A model generated the notes under the pieces. That model did not search any database, was not told where the DNA came from, and saw nothing but the letters and a program-made list of their open reading frames with translations. The position numbers and the translations under genes were made by a program. From a virus (lineage: Duplodnaviria; Caudoviricetes), in the IMG/VR virus record IMGVR_UViG_3300020463_000001, positions 32,001-96,000 of that record: DNA of 64,000 bases; one strand, written 5' to 3'. Every line of letters starts with the position of its first letter. Position 1 is the stretch's first letter. Below, piece after piece: positions 36,001-45,701 of the stretch.

Positions 36001-37238
36001 AAACTCCAGTCAACTCACAGGATTTGATGTCTTCCGGTCTTATCTTAGAGTACAATAATCGCCAATACAGTCTACATTCTCTTAGTGGAGTTTCAGACGA
36101 TACTCCAGTGGGCGCAACAGTCGATAAAGGAGAAGGTAGATACACTTTGATGGTCAATGCGGATGCCTCTGGTGGAGGGGCAAATAATTTTTCAGAAATT
36201 AATTACGTTGCATTAAATCATCATGATCAATTCTCCAAGAGTCAGAAACATTACTATGAAAGTGGTATTATCGGAAATTTCTTTACTTTCTACAATGTGT
36301 CAGAAGAAATAATAACTGGAGATGAACATAGAGTTACTCGTTCATTCGCTAAATTTGAAGTAACTAGTGCAGCCTCTACTGATCATTATATTTTACTTGG
36401 AGTTAATTTATTATCATCATATGGAGATCTTGATAATGATTTGAATACTCCGGGCAATACAGTAGAATTTAGATGGGATAAAGTTTCAAGGGGCAATGTT
36501 AGTCGGATAAATACTAATTGGGTAGGTTCTGTAAGAGATGGAGCAGATCCCAGAGATGAAAAGTTTATTGTAAATATCATTACTAGACAACAAGAGATAC
36601 CGAGTCTAGGAACATCTTACAGAAGTTTAGAAAGATTTAAGTTCTTTTTTGATACTACATTCTCATTTGATGACTTGATAAGATATCGTTTTAGTCCACA
36701 ACAAGAGGCATTAGATTCTCCATATCTTGCATATTACGGATATACTGGTGCGTTTAGAAATACTTCAATGGCAGGAAATCAGGTCACGTTAGTTCAGAAA
36801 GAAGATAAAACAAATGTATGGGGAGTTGTCCCAGTATTTTCGCAAAATAATTTTGTAGGTATTACTGATGGAACAGATCATGATTGGCCCAATACAACAA
36901 TACAAAAAGTAGAAGAATTATTTGAAAGAAATTATCACGCAGTTTTGGATTCTAGAATTACTTTAACTCCAAAATACTTGGTAATAACTGACGAAAATCC
37001 AGAAACCGATGGTCTGAGAGTTGCCGGAATGACAAATCTTTCTATTGAAAGATCTAAGTTCAGAGAAACTCCACAAGTATTAGACAACAACTTCGAAACT
37101 GTGAAAATAACAGACATAGATTCAAAATATCTGGAAAAAACAAATTTTGCACATGAAACAATTTTGAGTGTTTATGATACGAATAATATTCCATCTACAC
37201 TACAAGAACTAGAATCCTTAGTGCAATTGATAGATTAA
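33024..37238 (+). CDS. 7: baseplate wedge initiator gp7-like, with a LamG/ConA insert
   Basis: F..FIELYYEWL, FYQSKGS..S..FLFRA, QD..LWQDYSYV, IHPAGM..FGE. Confidence 0.82.
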   Translation: MSSPNLKNISSIVKESLPFHIREGEYDNFVKFIELYYEWLSQDGNPLDVMSEITEYGDLDKTLDIFVNQFKSEIGAVFPSVTRIRDKNTNAKILGALFNSTVQSNSENETFIQDTFMGNGIVSEFLMSYRDPSYYFGRDVSPYVADLKVYTNPSNPFSGSPATDSSLLSFPNDYTELTEGTDYYLNDDRLVFGEEDNILAPLNGVSIVVVFQLRTNPTTTPDKNIEEEKKKKFTDQNHFLKLLRDFYQSKGSQKSLQFLFRAFLNEDIDVYYPKENIFKVSNNRWVQSKSIRTNPNTTSAAGTPVRIIGETSSAIGIVESEINYTRSNFNVNEYFLGDVSGEFQDQENVFVEMDDGRLVREQLYSCITGFEVVNPGSNYPRNFVLDFNLGTIGSGVGFSAKINNTTTGEVTNINVNTAGDNYITGEFVEFVNDGTFGSGAIGRISRVGGVERDFDITWTQNTRNPSYPQVVWDISDYPDAVFDSQTSREVEVYLVNRDTSYDDVVLLYDFDTVKSSSIFYEFKNDTNSDRHNAYRENPSFGSAIGNFSLSLRGDGYVRIPTAASYFHDIPSFTIDFWYYGTGGSDSVVFAFNGIGQNDNADLFVMRHLASGQFEMIASDGGNVRRDYTSPTDVQLTQSNTWRHVTIYSSAADGTTIYLDGTEAADFPDLIVDMREDAILTIGADNDDADSGSDMSTAFFGSFRITKGRRFTEYQNQTTGAIQIFGWDLDPIQVARRLSDYQFSISSVNNTISFMDYNTGGDLVPTAIPDWQSLQLKFKNIGKGPVEKIDLVTGGSGYARNPYAYISDTSNGYVSGGAGASVSVTGSNIGGIEGITIRQDSSNPSQDGFGVGYTTPPTIDLTPIGDGMAQVNVLTGPLCVREGAFVDDQSFASSDNRIHDGYLWQDYSYVVRVNRVIDEWRDLIKRVIHPAGMMVFGEVTLTSKIEGKRLKQAILYLFYEIIKNVDVTMKNMDGLGKWTGGTELDGSGNVVNKQTPVNSQDLMSSGLILEYNNRQYSLHSLSGVSDDTPVGATVDKGEGRYTLMVNADASGGGANNFSEINYVALNHHDQFSKSQKHYYESGIIGNFFTFYNVSEEIITGDEHRVTRSFAKFEVTSAASTDHYILLGVNLLSSYGDLDNDLNTPGNTVEFRWDKVSRGNVSRINTNWVGSVRDGADPRDEKFIVNIITRQQEIPSLGTSYRSLERFKFFFDTTFSFDDLIRYRFSPQQEALDSPYLAYYGYTGAFRNTSMAGNQVTLVQKEDKTNVWGVVPVFSQNNFVGITDGTDHDWPNTTIQKVEELFERNYHAVLDSRITLTPKYLVITDENPETDGLRVAGMTNLSIERSKFRETPQVLDNNFETVKITDIDSKYLEKTNFAHETILSVYDTNNIPSTLQELESLVQLID

Positions 37239-37247
37239 AAAAAGTTT

Positions 37248-37255
37248 TATAAATA
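37248..37255 (+). promoter_or_regulatory. late promoter TATAAATA
   Basis: Upstream of gp8. Confidence 0.8.
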
Positions 37256-37288
37256 TAGGATTAGACAATTTTTAGAGGATAATGATCA

Positions 37289-38977
37289 ATGGCGGCAATA
37301 ATCACAAATAGACTCAGAATATTTAATGCACAGCAGTTCATTGAATCACTTTCAGAACAAACTCCATTGTGGGAGGGCGGGGTATCCTACTCCGAGGGCG
37401 ATGTGGTTTTATATCAATCAAACCTTTATATCGCAGTAGAGGCCGGTACTTCCGATATTAGTTTACCCCCAACACATACTACTGGAGTTTCTTCTGGTGG
37501 TTCGGTGTTGCGATGGGCATTCTATAATGTGTCACTTTACAACAACCTTTACTTGGGCATCGGCAAAAACACATCTTGGACAGATGACTCAAACCCCCCA
37601 ACCCCATCAGATTCAGTAAAAGAACACTATACAGTAAAAAACGACTTGATTGCAATGAAAAAAGTCGGAGAAGATACTATTACTCTAGCACTTCCTAGAA
37701 TTGACTGGGAAACTGGTAGTGTCTATACAATGTATGATGATCTAGATCCAGAAGAAATTATTCCAAATGGTTATGTCCTTACAGAAGGAAATAACCAATA
37801 TAATGTTTATAAGTGTATCAATAATTCTAAGTGGACGGATACTTCTGTCGGTGTAGCGCCAGTCGCATCAACAGTAAAACCAACAGGAACTTCTACAACA
37901 GATCTTATAGAAACTGGTGACGGGTATGTGTGGAAGTATATGTATTCTGTGCAGTTGGATAGAGCACTGAAATTTCTAACAAAAGATTATTTTCCAGTTA
38001 AGTATTTGACTGCACAGCCAACAAATACTACTTCAGCAGATTATGTACAGTACCAAGTACAACAAAGTGCAAAATCATCTTCTGGTGCAATTGACTTTGT
38101 TAAAATTGTAGACGATGGAGATGGTTCTGGCCACGCCGGAGGTAGAGGATATCTTCAAAATATGAATCATTCTGGAGTGACTATTGGTGCAACTACAACC
38201 TCATTTTCTTTCACTCCGTCTTCCAGCGATATGATTCAAAGAGCAACCGATGCCGGTACAGGAGGATATGACGATTATTCTCTAGTATTTATATCAGGAA
38301 ATACATCATATCAACAGACAATTTCTTCGTTCTCTTTTAGTGCTGGCCAAGTTGACATAACTTTAGACGGAGTATTTCCTGGCCTGACAGGATCACAAAC
38401 TGGTGATATTATTATTGCACCGGAAGTTCAACTTGCAGGAGATGGAACTGGAGCAACGGCATACGGATTGACCCAAGGAACTGAAATCGCAAAGGTAGTT
38501 GTCAGCAACGGCGGAAGTGGTTATACCTATGCAACTGCAACAGTTTTGCCGGCACTTTCCAGTGGAACAGAGTGTCAGGTTAGAGCAATAATGTCGCCAG
38601 GCGATGGACACGGATGCAACCCAGTAGAAGAACTTGGCGGTTACTATGCAATGGTTGCTCTTAAATTAGAATATGACGAACAAGATACTAGAAATGGAAA
38701 TACCGAATCTGTATTCCCTGTCGTATCTAGTTCTTTAAGTGGATTTGACCCAGTATTCAGACAGATTATAATACTATCCGATCCAGTAGACACTTCTACA
38801 AGTAAGATTGCATACAATACAACCTACAGAGGCCCTTCACATCCAGAATACGGAGATGGAAACTCTGAGTTTGACGTAAACGCCGGAACTGGTAAAGTTC
38901 TTTACATAGAAAACAGACAACCTGTTTCAAGAGCAGTAGACCAAATCGAAGATATTAAAGTAGTATTCGAATTTTAA
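37289..38977 (+). CDS. 8: baseplate wedge gp8
   Basis: MAAIITN..RI.NA..F, PRIDW..G..Y.MY, YKCINN, DGY.WKYMY, ISP..GHG, GKVLYIENR..R..DQ.EDIK.V.EF. Confidence 0.9.
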   Translation: MAAIITNRLRIFNAQQFIESLSEQTPLWEGGVSYSEGDVVLYQSNLYIAVEAGTSDISLPPTHTTGVSSGGSVLRWAFYNVSLYNNLYLGIGKNTSWTDDSNPPTPSDSVKEHYTVKNDLIAMKKVGEDTITLALPRIDWETGSVYTMYDDLDPEEIIPNGYVLTEGNNQYNVYKCINNSKWTDTSVGVAPVASTVKPTGTSTTDLIETGDGYVWKYMYSVQLDRALKFLTKDYFPVKYLTAQPTNTTSADYVQYQVQQSAKSSSGAIDFVKIVDDGDGSGHAGGRGYLQNMNHSGVTIGATTTSFSFTPSSSDMIQRATDAGTGGYDDYSLVFISGNTSYQQTISSFSFSAGQVDITLDGVFPGLTGSQTGDIIIAPEVQLAGDGTGATAYGLTQGTEIAKVVVSNGGSGYTYATATVLPALSSGTECQVRAIMSPGDGHGCNPVEELGGYYAMVALKLEYDEQDTRNGNTESVFPVVSSSLSGFDPVFRQIIILSDPVDTSTSKIAYNTTYRGPSHPEYGDGNSEFDVNAGTGKVLYIENRQPVSRAVDQIEDIKVVFEF

Positions 38978-39000
38978 AAATTAATTGATAGAGAAAGAGT

Positions 39001-42000
39001 ATGGCATCCAATTTTAATGTAACTCCATATTATGATGACTATGACGTAAATAGTGGATATCTCAAAATACTGTTCAAGCCGGGTAACTCTGTTCAAGCAA
39101 GAGAACTGACACAAATTCAGTCTATCTTACAACAACAGATTGCGAATGTATCAGACCACTTCTTCAAAGAAGGTGCGATGATCATTCCTGGCCAATCAGC
39201 GATTGATACAGATATAACTTTTTTAAAAATAGGTTATCAAGACAATTCTGTTACATACAACTCTGCTGCAGATTTTGTAGGCAGAGTAGTTGTCGGTTCT
39301 ACTACAGGAATTCGAGCTCTTGTTGTCCATGCAGAAAACGCAACAGGTTCCACGGATACCGATGATCCCGATACCCTCTATGTTAAATTTATTAGTGGTG
39401 CCGATGTCTCTGATTATTCTTCGGTAGATTTTGTTGAGGGAGATAGTATATCCTTCTTGCCGGAAGAAGTTCTCACCACAGAATCAATTTCTTCAATGAG
39501 CGATTATGCGTGTGAAGTAAAACCATCATCCGATACTTCAATTGGAAAAGGTTCCGTTGCATTTATTGAGTCTGGAGTTTATTACCTTCAAAAGCATTTG
39601 GTAATGGTGAATGACCAAAAAATAGTTCTTGATAAGTACTCGAATAAACCATCATACAAAATCGGTCTGCAAGTCAACGAAGCTTTTGTCACAAGTAATA
39701 TGGACAATACTCTCCTTGACAATGCACAGGGAACAACAAACTTTAATGCGCCCGGCGCTGATAGATATAGAATATCCCTAGTATTCTCTAAGCGGTCAAT
39801 TGACGAAGTAGACACAAGCAACTTCATTGAACTTATCAGTGTTCGTAACGGAGTTGTGGAATCTCATGTGAGAACTACCGAATACTCTGTCTTAGAAGAA
39901 ACTCTGGCAAGAAGAACTTATGACGAATCTGGAGATTATACAGTAAGACCATACCAGATAGATGTTAGAGAACTGTTAAATGAGAATGGCAACAGGGGTG
40001 TATCTACGTTATCGGACTTCGAATTTACAAACGAAGTGGATGCTAAAGAAATGGCCCGAACACGGTTTTTTGACGAACCAGATATGATTGACCTTGCAAC
40101 TGGAAATGGACAGGCTCACACTGCAACACCAAACGACAGAACAAAATATCCAGAACAAAATTTAGATTCTACTGGAACCATATTCTATCCGGGCAAAACT
40201 CACGATAGTTTAGTTTCCGCACTTAGAGGAAGATTGGCGATTGGAATTGAGCCAGGCAAATCATACGTTAGAGGATATGAATTAGAAACTTTGGTAACTC
40301 AATTTGTAGATTATAAGAAATCTAGGGATCACATACAAAAGAATAATGAATATCTTACAACAAAATTAGGAAATTTTGTTTACCTTACAGATGTCATGGG
40401 TCTGCCCATACCAAATCAAACAGTAGATTTATTGAATATTAATGTTGCCGGTAATACTCATGTTAAAATTGACGATGACCCGACATTTAATGCTTCCGAT
40501 GGATCTACCAGTGAGGGAAAATCTACTTACGATAAAAATCAAATAAGTGCCGACTTTTCTACATGGTCATCAAATAATCCTATCGGTTCTGATGTTATTG
40601 GTACTGCAAAGATACGATATGTCGAACATTACGCACATGACCAAGACTCAGATTATTTATCCGCAAACTTTGCGCCTGGCGTGTCGAATGATGACAGTGC
40701 AATCTACAAAGTATATTTGTACGACATTAAGATGGAAATTAATCCAAGAACAAACAGAGAATATTTGTTAAACGACTTGAGGTCGATAGAGTCGCAGTCT
40801 GTCGCTGGGGCGTTTAATTTATTTAACGGAAATATTTTGGTAGAATATACTCTAGTAGATCAATTATCTACTTTTGATAATAAGAATATCGTATATTCTG
40901 AGTATCAAGATTCTCTGGTTAGAGGAGTTGTATATCACAGCTCTTCTAATAAAATATTAGTAAAAACTTTAGGAGCAGGAAATCCAACTTCGGTGGCTGT
41001 CGGTGAGTTAAATCCAAGACTTTTTGAGAGCAATGAAGTAATACGAGAAGTTGAATATGATACTACCCCAGAAAATGCTTTCTCTGGTTCTGTTAATCAT
41101 GATATTGGTTTAACCCCAAACAACGCAAGAGTTATATCTCGCAATGTTATTTTTAATACTTCCGGTTCAAGTATTATAGACACCGGATCTGATTTTGTTA
41201 AAACTATTAGGTTTGTCGATGACGATAGCGGAAATTCCAGCGTAGATACTTCATATACGGTTCAAATGAAATTTGAAAATGTTTCGCAAGCGTATGGAGG
41301 TTCTGGTAGTCAAGTAGAATTAACTCTAGGAACAAACTCCAATCAAATATTTGGTTCCTTTAACGAAAAATATTATTTTGCATACACACCAACTACCGGA
41401 AGCGGAGAACCTGTAGTACATAAACTGACATCTGATAACGTGGTATTATCCACTGATGGAAATAATAGAGTTACTACTGCGTTAGTATCGATAGAAGATT
41501 TGTCTGCTGGCAATAATGTAGTAGTTTATGCTCCAGTAATTAAGACCAACGCTGCAGAAAAAACAAAAACTCTGGTAGAAAATCAAGTCATATTCCCATA
41601 TTCAGCAAGAAAGACAGATGGAACTTTTGTTGCGTCTGAAACATATGCGGCAAATCCATCTTCCACATGGTATTCTTTAGATCTGTATGGTACAAATAAT
41701 ACTGGATCAGTTTTCAACTCTAATACTACTGACAGTTTAGGAAATTCTCTCGCATTGACTTCTATTCAATTAGAACATTCTGATATATTTGAATTAACTG
41801 CAGTATATGATACCTGTACTGTTTCAAATGTAATCTATCAAATAGATTCTGTCGGCACTAAAAAATTCTACAATGAAATGACTGCAGCCGAGTTAAAGTT
41901 TGCTCTTGACGCATACTTAGAATACGAAGAAACAGGAGTTAATCCAACCGGATTTGCAGATGTTCCAGTAAAAATTGTAGACATAACTGACAGATATACT

Positions 42001-45000
42001 TTAGATAATGGCCAAAGAACTGGGATGTATGACATTGGAGATATTAAAATACAACCAGGCCAAAGCGAATGTGCTGGTCGAGTTGCAATCGTTTACTCTT
42101 ACTTTGATCATAGTACTGGAGGAGATTATTTCTCTGCAGATTCTTACACACACTCGACTTCTGGTATAGAATATTCACAGATACCAACATTTAAAGATAG
42201 TCGCTTATCCGATGTATTAGATTTTAGACCTAAGACTGTCAGTGCGGATTTATTTACTGAATATTCCCTAGCAACCCCCCTAAAGTTTGGCAAAGTGTCT
42301 ACTACTTCTAGCACGCCGCTGGATAACTCATATGTTATTGCAGATTATCGCCAGTATCTGCCAAGAAAGGATAAGGTATATTTGAGTAAAGAAGGAGATT
42401 TCTTAATAAAATATGGAGCTCCATCAATTTCTCCAAATTATCCAGAAGATCCAAATGACGGCATGGTTATCTATAAACTCGCAACGGATCCATACAGTCT
42501 AGGGACAGAAAGCATAACTGCAGAGATGTTGGATAATAGACGATATACTATGAGGGATATTGGCAAGTTAGAAAAACGAATTAAGACTGTAGAATACTAC
42601 ACATCATTATCTTTATTAGAAAAAGAAACAAAAGATATGGATGTTCTTGATGAAAATGGTCTGGATAGATTTAAAAACGGATTTGTTGTAGAACCATTTA
42701 CAAGTCATAATATTGGGGATGTTTTTGATACTCAATATAATTGTGCAATTGATGTAGTAAATAAAGAACTTAGACCAGTTTTTAATCAAAAGAATACTCC
42801 CATGAATTTTAATCAGTCGGAATCGACTCTTTATAGTATCAAAGATGGGATGGTTATGCTGCCATATTCTTCGGCCGTTCTTGCGGGACAAGGCAAATCT
42901 TCCAAAACAGTTTCGGTCAATCCATACGCGATAATGGGATTTAGGGGTTATGTTAAACTATTCCCAGAGCAAGATGATTGGAAAGACACTAATAGGGGCA
43001 ATGGTTCTCAAAATGGAGGCGTAGGAGGAGATTTAAATTGGCCTCCTTATGAATCGGATGAAGATGATGATTTGAGTGATGGTTCTCCAAAGGGATCTAG
43101 ACCAGAACAAAATTTCTTTATTAGAGAAAGAAACGTATTTTTCCATGCATCTGGAATGAAACCAAAGACAAGAGTATTTGCATACTTTGATGGAACTCCT
43201 GTATCACAATTTTGCATAACCACAAAAACTATCAAAGTTACTGGGGTATCTTCTGCAGATAATTTTATTCAAACATATGAATCAGAAATTATTGACAATA
43301 CTGGGGATATGACTCTGGTGAACAATCAGGGCCATGAAGTTAGAGTAGTGGGAATTCAGTACGTTGACGCAAGTAGTTTAAATTTTTATGTGATTGACAA
43401 TATCGACACAAACACTTTCACTGCCGGACAGGCTGTATTCTTAGTCGGGCCCAATTTTACCAACGGAATATCGCCAGGCAAATTTGCCTTAGAGACTGGT
43501 TCTAATAGTTCAACTCTAGTTACTGACGAATCTGGAAACTTAAGGGGTTTATTCGCAATACCAAATACGGAAGAAATGAGGTTTAGAACCGGAGATAAAA
43601 TATTCAAATTGTCCGATCAACAATCCAGTACAGCTTTTAGTCAAACAGAGGCAGAAGGACTTTACTCCGCAAAGAGTAAATTAGACTCTTCAAGTTCTAC
43701 TAGACAGGAAAGATATAGTTCTCAGTTCGTTCAGAGTAATGGTTCGGTAAGAAATCAAATTGGTGAAGGATCTAATCAATTTAATCCTATTGCACAAACG
43801 GTCATGACAGACAAGATTGGAGGAGCATTTCTTACATCAGTAAATATTTTCTTCTCATCAAAAGATTCGGTTATACCAGTAAGTGTAGAATTGAGAAATA
43901 CAGTTGGGGGGTATCCGGGCAAGACAGTTCTTACTAGAAAAACTTTATATCCTTCTAATGTATTGACTTCTTCTACCGGAAATCTTGCAACAAACTTTTT
44001 ATTTGACGCTCCAGTTTACATAGAACAAGGAGTAGAATATGCAATAGTCGTTTTGGCAGATTCGCAGGATTATAGTGTTCATGTTGCAAGACTTGGTGAA
44101 AATTCTCTAGATGGGACTGGAACTATTAGTAAACAACCATATAGTGGAGTATTCTTTAAGGCGGCATCAACTTCTTGGGCACCGGAACAAATGGAGGATA
44201 TGAAGTTTACTCTGTTTAGAGCTCAGTTTAATACTTCAGTAAGTTCTACATTATATTTTGAGAATAAGGGGACGGATAAGTTAGGATATCCTTCGAATAC
44301 CGTTCAGTTAGGAACATCTTCTATCGAAACATTCGCTGGATCTGACAATGTTCGATTTCATGTTCCCAACCACGATTTAGTATCTTCTGGTGGGTCGAAT
44401 ACACATTACTATGTGACTATTGCCGGACTCAATTCAAACGCAAGATATGGGGGAGATACAAATACAAACGCATGGTTGGGGTCTGAATTGAATGGAACTC
44501 ATGAAGTAGTTGCTACTACATTAAACACTTTCGATATATTGATGACCAATGTCAAATATGTCGGAGGAAACAGTATTGCAGGGACATCAAAGGCTTCTAC
44601 TCTTGCATCATCAGGAAGATTTAATCCATCTCCAGATTCTTCTGGGAAAGTTACTGCAGAGGTGAACTCTAAGTTTGATGTTTTAGTTCCTATAATACAA
44701 ACATTGCAATTACCACAGACAAATGTCACCTATTCGATGAAGACTACCAGCGGACAGTCCCAAGACTCAGATATGCCGACTGGCGTTAAAGATAGCTCTT
44801 GGACTAATTTTGTTCCAAATAAAGATATATCTTTCGATACCCCAAGAGCAGTGTATTCCCCATATAACGAAAATAATTTTGGAACAGGAAGCAGTAATTT
44901 TGAGAAAAAATCTCTTGCGTATAAGTTGACACTATCATCAACGCAAGATAATATATCTCCAGTAATTGATACCCAAAGGTTTAGTTCTACATTAATATCT

Positions 45001-45459
45001 AATGTGGTAAATTATCCCATATGGACTACGAATACAGATTCACAAGGAAATTCTACTGATACTTCTTCTAATTATACAGATTTTATATCGGAAAGACAAA
45101 ATACTGGAGGAACCGTAGAATCTAAGTATATTACTAGAGAAATACAATTAAATCAACCGGCAACATCATTTAAAATTGTGTTAACAATGCATCGCCCTCA
45201 AGATGCAGATGTCGATTTGTATTATAAGTTAAAAACTAGTGATAGTCAAGACTATCGAAAATTGAATTATGAATACATTTCTAGACCAGAGGGATACTCC
45301 CAATCTTCTATAGGAGTAGATCAGTTTACAGAATTTGATTATGATGTTAAGGGCCTAACTGAATTTTCATCATTTGGAATTAAGATAGTAATGCGAAGTA
45401 AGAACTCTGCATTGCCACCTAGAATAAAAGATTTGAGGATTATCGCTCTTGCGAACTAA
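39001..45459 (+). CDS. VrlC-like (DUF4815) large baseplate/structural protein
   Basis: NFNVTPYYDDY...ILFKPG.SVQARELTQIQSILQ, APGADRY, LARRTYDESGDY, RRYTMRDIG.LE.RI..EYYTSLSLLE. Confidence 0.88.
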   Translation: MASNFNVTPYYDDYDVNSGYLKILFKPGNSVQARELTQIQSILQQQIANVSDHFFKEGAMIIPGQSAIDTDITFLKIGYQDNSVTYNSAADFVGRVVVGSTTGIRALVVHAENATGSTDTDDPDTLYVKFISGADVSDYSSVDFVEGDSISFLPEEVLTTESISSMSDYACEVKPSSDTSIGKGSVAFIESGVYYLQKHLVMVNDQKIVLDKYSNKPSYKIGLQVNEAFVTSNMDNTLLDNAQGTTNFNAPGADRYRISLVFSKRSIDEVDTSNFIELISVRNGVVESHVRTTEYSVLEETLARRTYDESGDYTVRPYQIDVRELLNENGNRGVSTLSDFEFTNEVDAKEMARTRFFDEPDMIDLATGNGQAHTATPNDRTKYPEQNLDSTGTIFYPGKTHDSLVSALRGRLAIGIEPGKSYVRGYELETLVTQFVDYKKSRDHIQKNNEYLTTKLGNFVYLTDVMGLPIPNQTVDLLNINVAGNTHVKIDDDPTFNASDGSTSEGKSTYDKNQISADFSTWSSNNPIGSDVIGTAKIRYVEHYAHDQDSDYLSANFAPGVSNDDSAIYKVYLYDIKMEINPRTNREYLLNDLRSIESQSVAGAFNLFNGNILVEYTLVDQLSTFDNKNIVYSEYQDSLVRGVVYHSSSNKILVKTLGAGNPTSVAVGELNPRLFESNEVIREVEYDTTPENAFSGSVNHDIGLTPNNARVISRNVIFNTSGSSIIDTGSDFVKTIRFVDDDSGNSSVDTSYTVQMKFENVSQAYGGSGSQVELTLGTNSNQIFGSFNEKYYFAYTPTTGSGEPVVHKLTSDNVVLSTDGNNRVTTALVSIEDLSAGNNVVVYAPVIKTNAAEKTKTLVENQVIFPYSARKTDGTFVASETYAANPSSTWYSLDLYGTNNTGSVFNSNTTDSLGNSLALTSIQLEHSDIFELTAVYDTCTVSNVIYQIDSVGTKKFYNEMTAAELKFALDAYLEYEETGVNPTGFADVPVKIVDITDRYTLDNGQRTGMYDIGDIKIQPGQSECAGRVAIVYSYFDHSTGGDYFSADSYTHSTSGIEYSQIPTFKDSRLSDVLDFRPKTVSADLFTEYSLATPLKFGKVSTTSSTPLDNSYVIADYRQYLPRKDKVYLSKEGDFLIKYGAPSISPNYPEDPNDGMVIYKLATDPYSLGTESITAEMLDNRRYTMRDIGKLEKRIKTVEYYTSLSLLEKETKDMDVLDENGLDRFKNGFVVEPFTSHNIGDVFDTQYNCAIDVVNKELRPVFNQKNTPMNFNQSESTLYSIKDGMVMLPYSSAVLAGQGKSSKTVSVNPYAIMGFRGYVKLFPEQDDWKDTNRGNGSQNGGVGGDLNWPPYESDEDDDLSDGSPKGSRPEQNFFIRERNVFFHASGMKPKTRVFAYFDGTPVSQFCITTKTIKVTGVSSADNFIQTYESEIIDNTGDMTLVNNQGHEVRVVGIQYVDASSLNFYVIDNIDTNTFTAGQAVFLVGPNFTNGISPGKFALETGSNSSTLVTDESGNLRGLFAIPNTEEMRFRTGDKIFKLSDQQSSTAFSQTEAEGLYSAKSKLDSSSSTRQERYSSQFVQSNGSVRNQIGEGSNQFNPIAQTVMTDKIGGAFLTSVNIFFSSKDSVIPVSVELRNTVGGYPGKTVLTRKTLYPSNVLTSSTGNLATNFLFDAPVYIEQGVEYAIVVLADSQDYSVHVARLGENSLDGTGTISKQPYSGVFFKAASTSWAPEQMEDMKFTLFRAQFNTSVSSTLYFENKGTDKLGYPSNTVQLGTSSIETFAGSDNVRFHVPNHDLVSSGGSNTHYYVTIAGLNSNARYGGDTNTNAWLGSELNGTHEVVATTLNTFDILMTNVKYVGGNSIAGTSKASTLASSGRFNPSPDSSGKVTAEVNSKFDVLVPIIQTLQLPQTNVTYSMKTTSGQSQDSDMPTGVKDSSWTNFVPNKDISFDTPRAVYSPYNENNFGTGSSNFEKKSLAYKLTLSSTQDNISPVIDTQRFSSTLISNVVNYPIWTTNTDSQGNSTDTSSNYTDFISERQNTGGTVESKYITREIQLNQPATSFKIVLTMHRPQDADVDLYYKLKTSDSQDYRKLNYEYISRPEGYSQSSIGVDQFTEFDYDVKGLTEFSSFGIKIVMRSKNSALPPRIKDLRIIALAN

Positions 45460-45467
45460 TATAAATA
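45460..45467 (+). promoter_or_regulatory. late promoter TATAAATA
   Basis: Directly after the VrlC stop. Confidence 0.75.
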
Positions 45468-45470
45468 TTC

Positions 45471-45701
45471 ATGAAAGATATAAAAGATTATTTAATAGTA
45501 AAGGAAGATAGAACTCTGAGAAGAGATCCATATTCTGGTGCTATAATAAATTTTGATAATGGTGCGTATGTTAAATACATGAAAAAGTTGAAAAAGATTG
45601 AGATGCAAGAGAGGGAAATAGAAGGTTTAAAAACCGAAATAACGGAAATAAAGGGACTTCTGAATAAAATTTTAGAGAGCAAACAACATGGCAACATTTA
45701 A
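45471..45701 (+). CDS. small coiled-coil virion-associated protein
   Basis: L.RD..SGAIIN.D...Y..Y; usual neighbour of VrlC-like genes. Confidence 0.7.
   Translation: MKDIKDYLIVKEDRTLRRDPYSGAIINFDNGAYVKYMKKLKKIEMQEREIEGLKTEITEIKGLLNKILESKQHGNI

Noticed and set aside
33024-45459. Inteins or introns in the very long gp7 and VrlC-like genes
   Set aside because: No C...HN/C splice motifs, LAGLIDADG blocks or frame interruptions were seen
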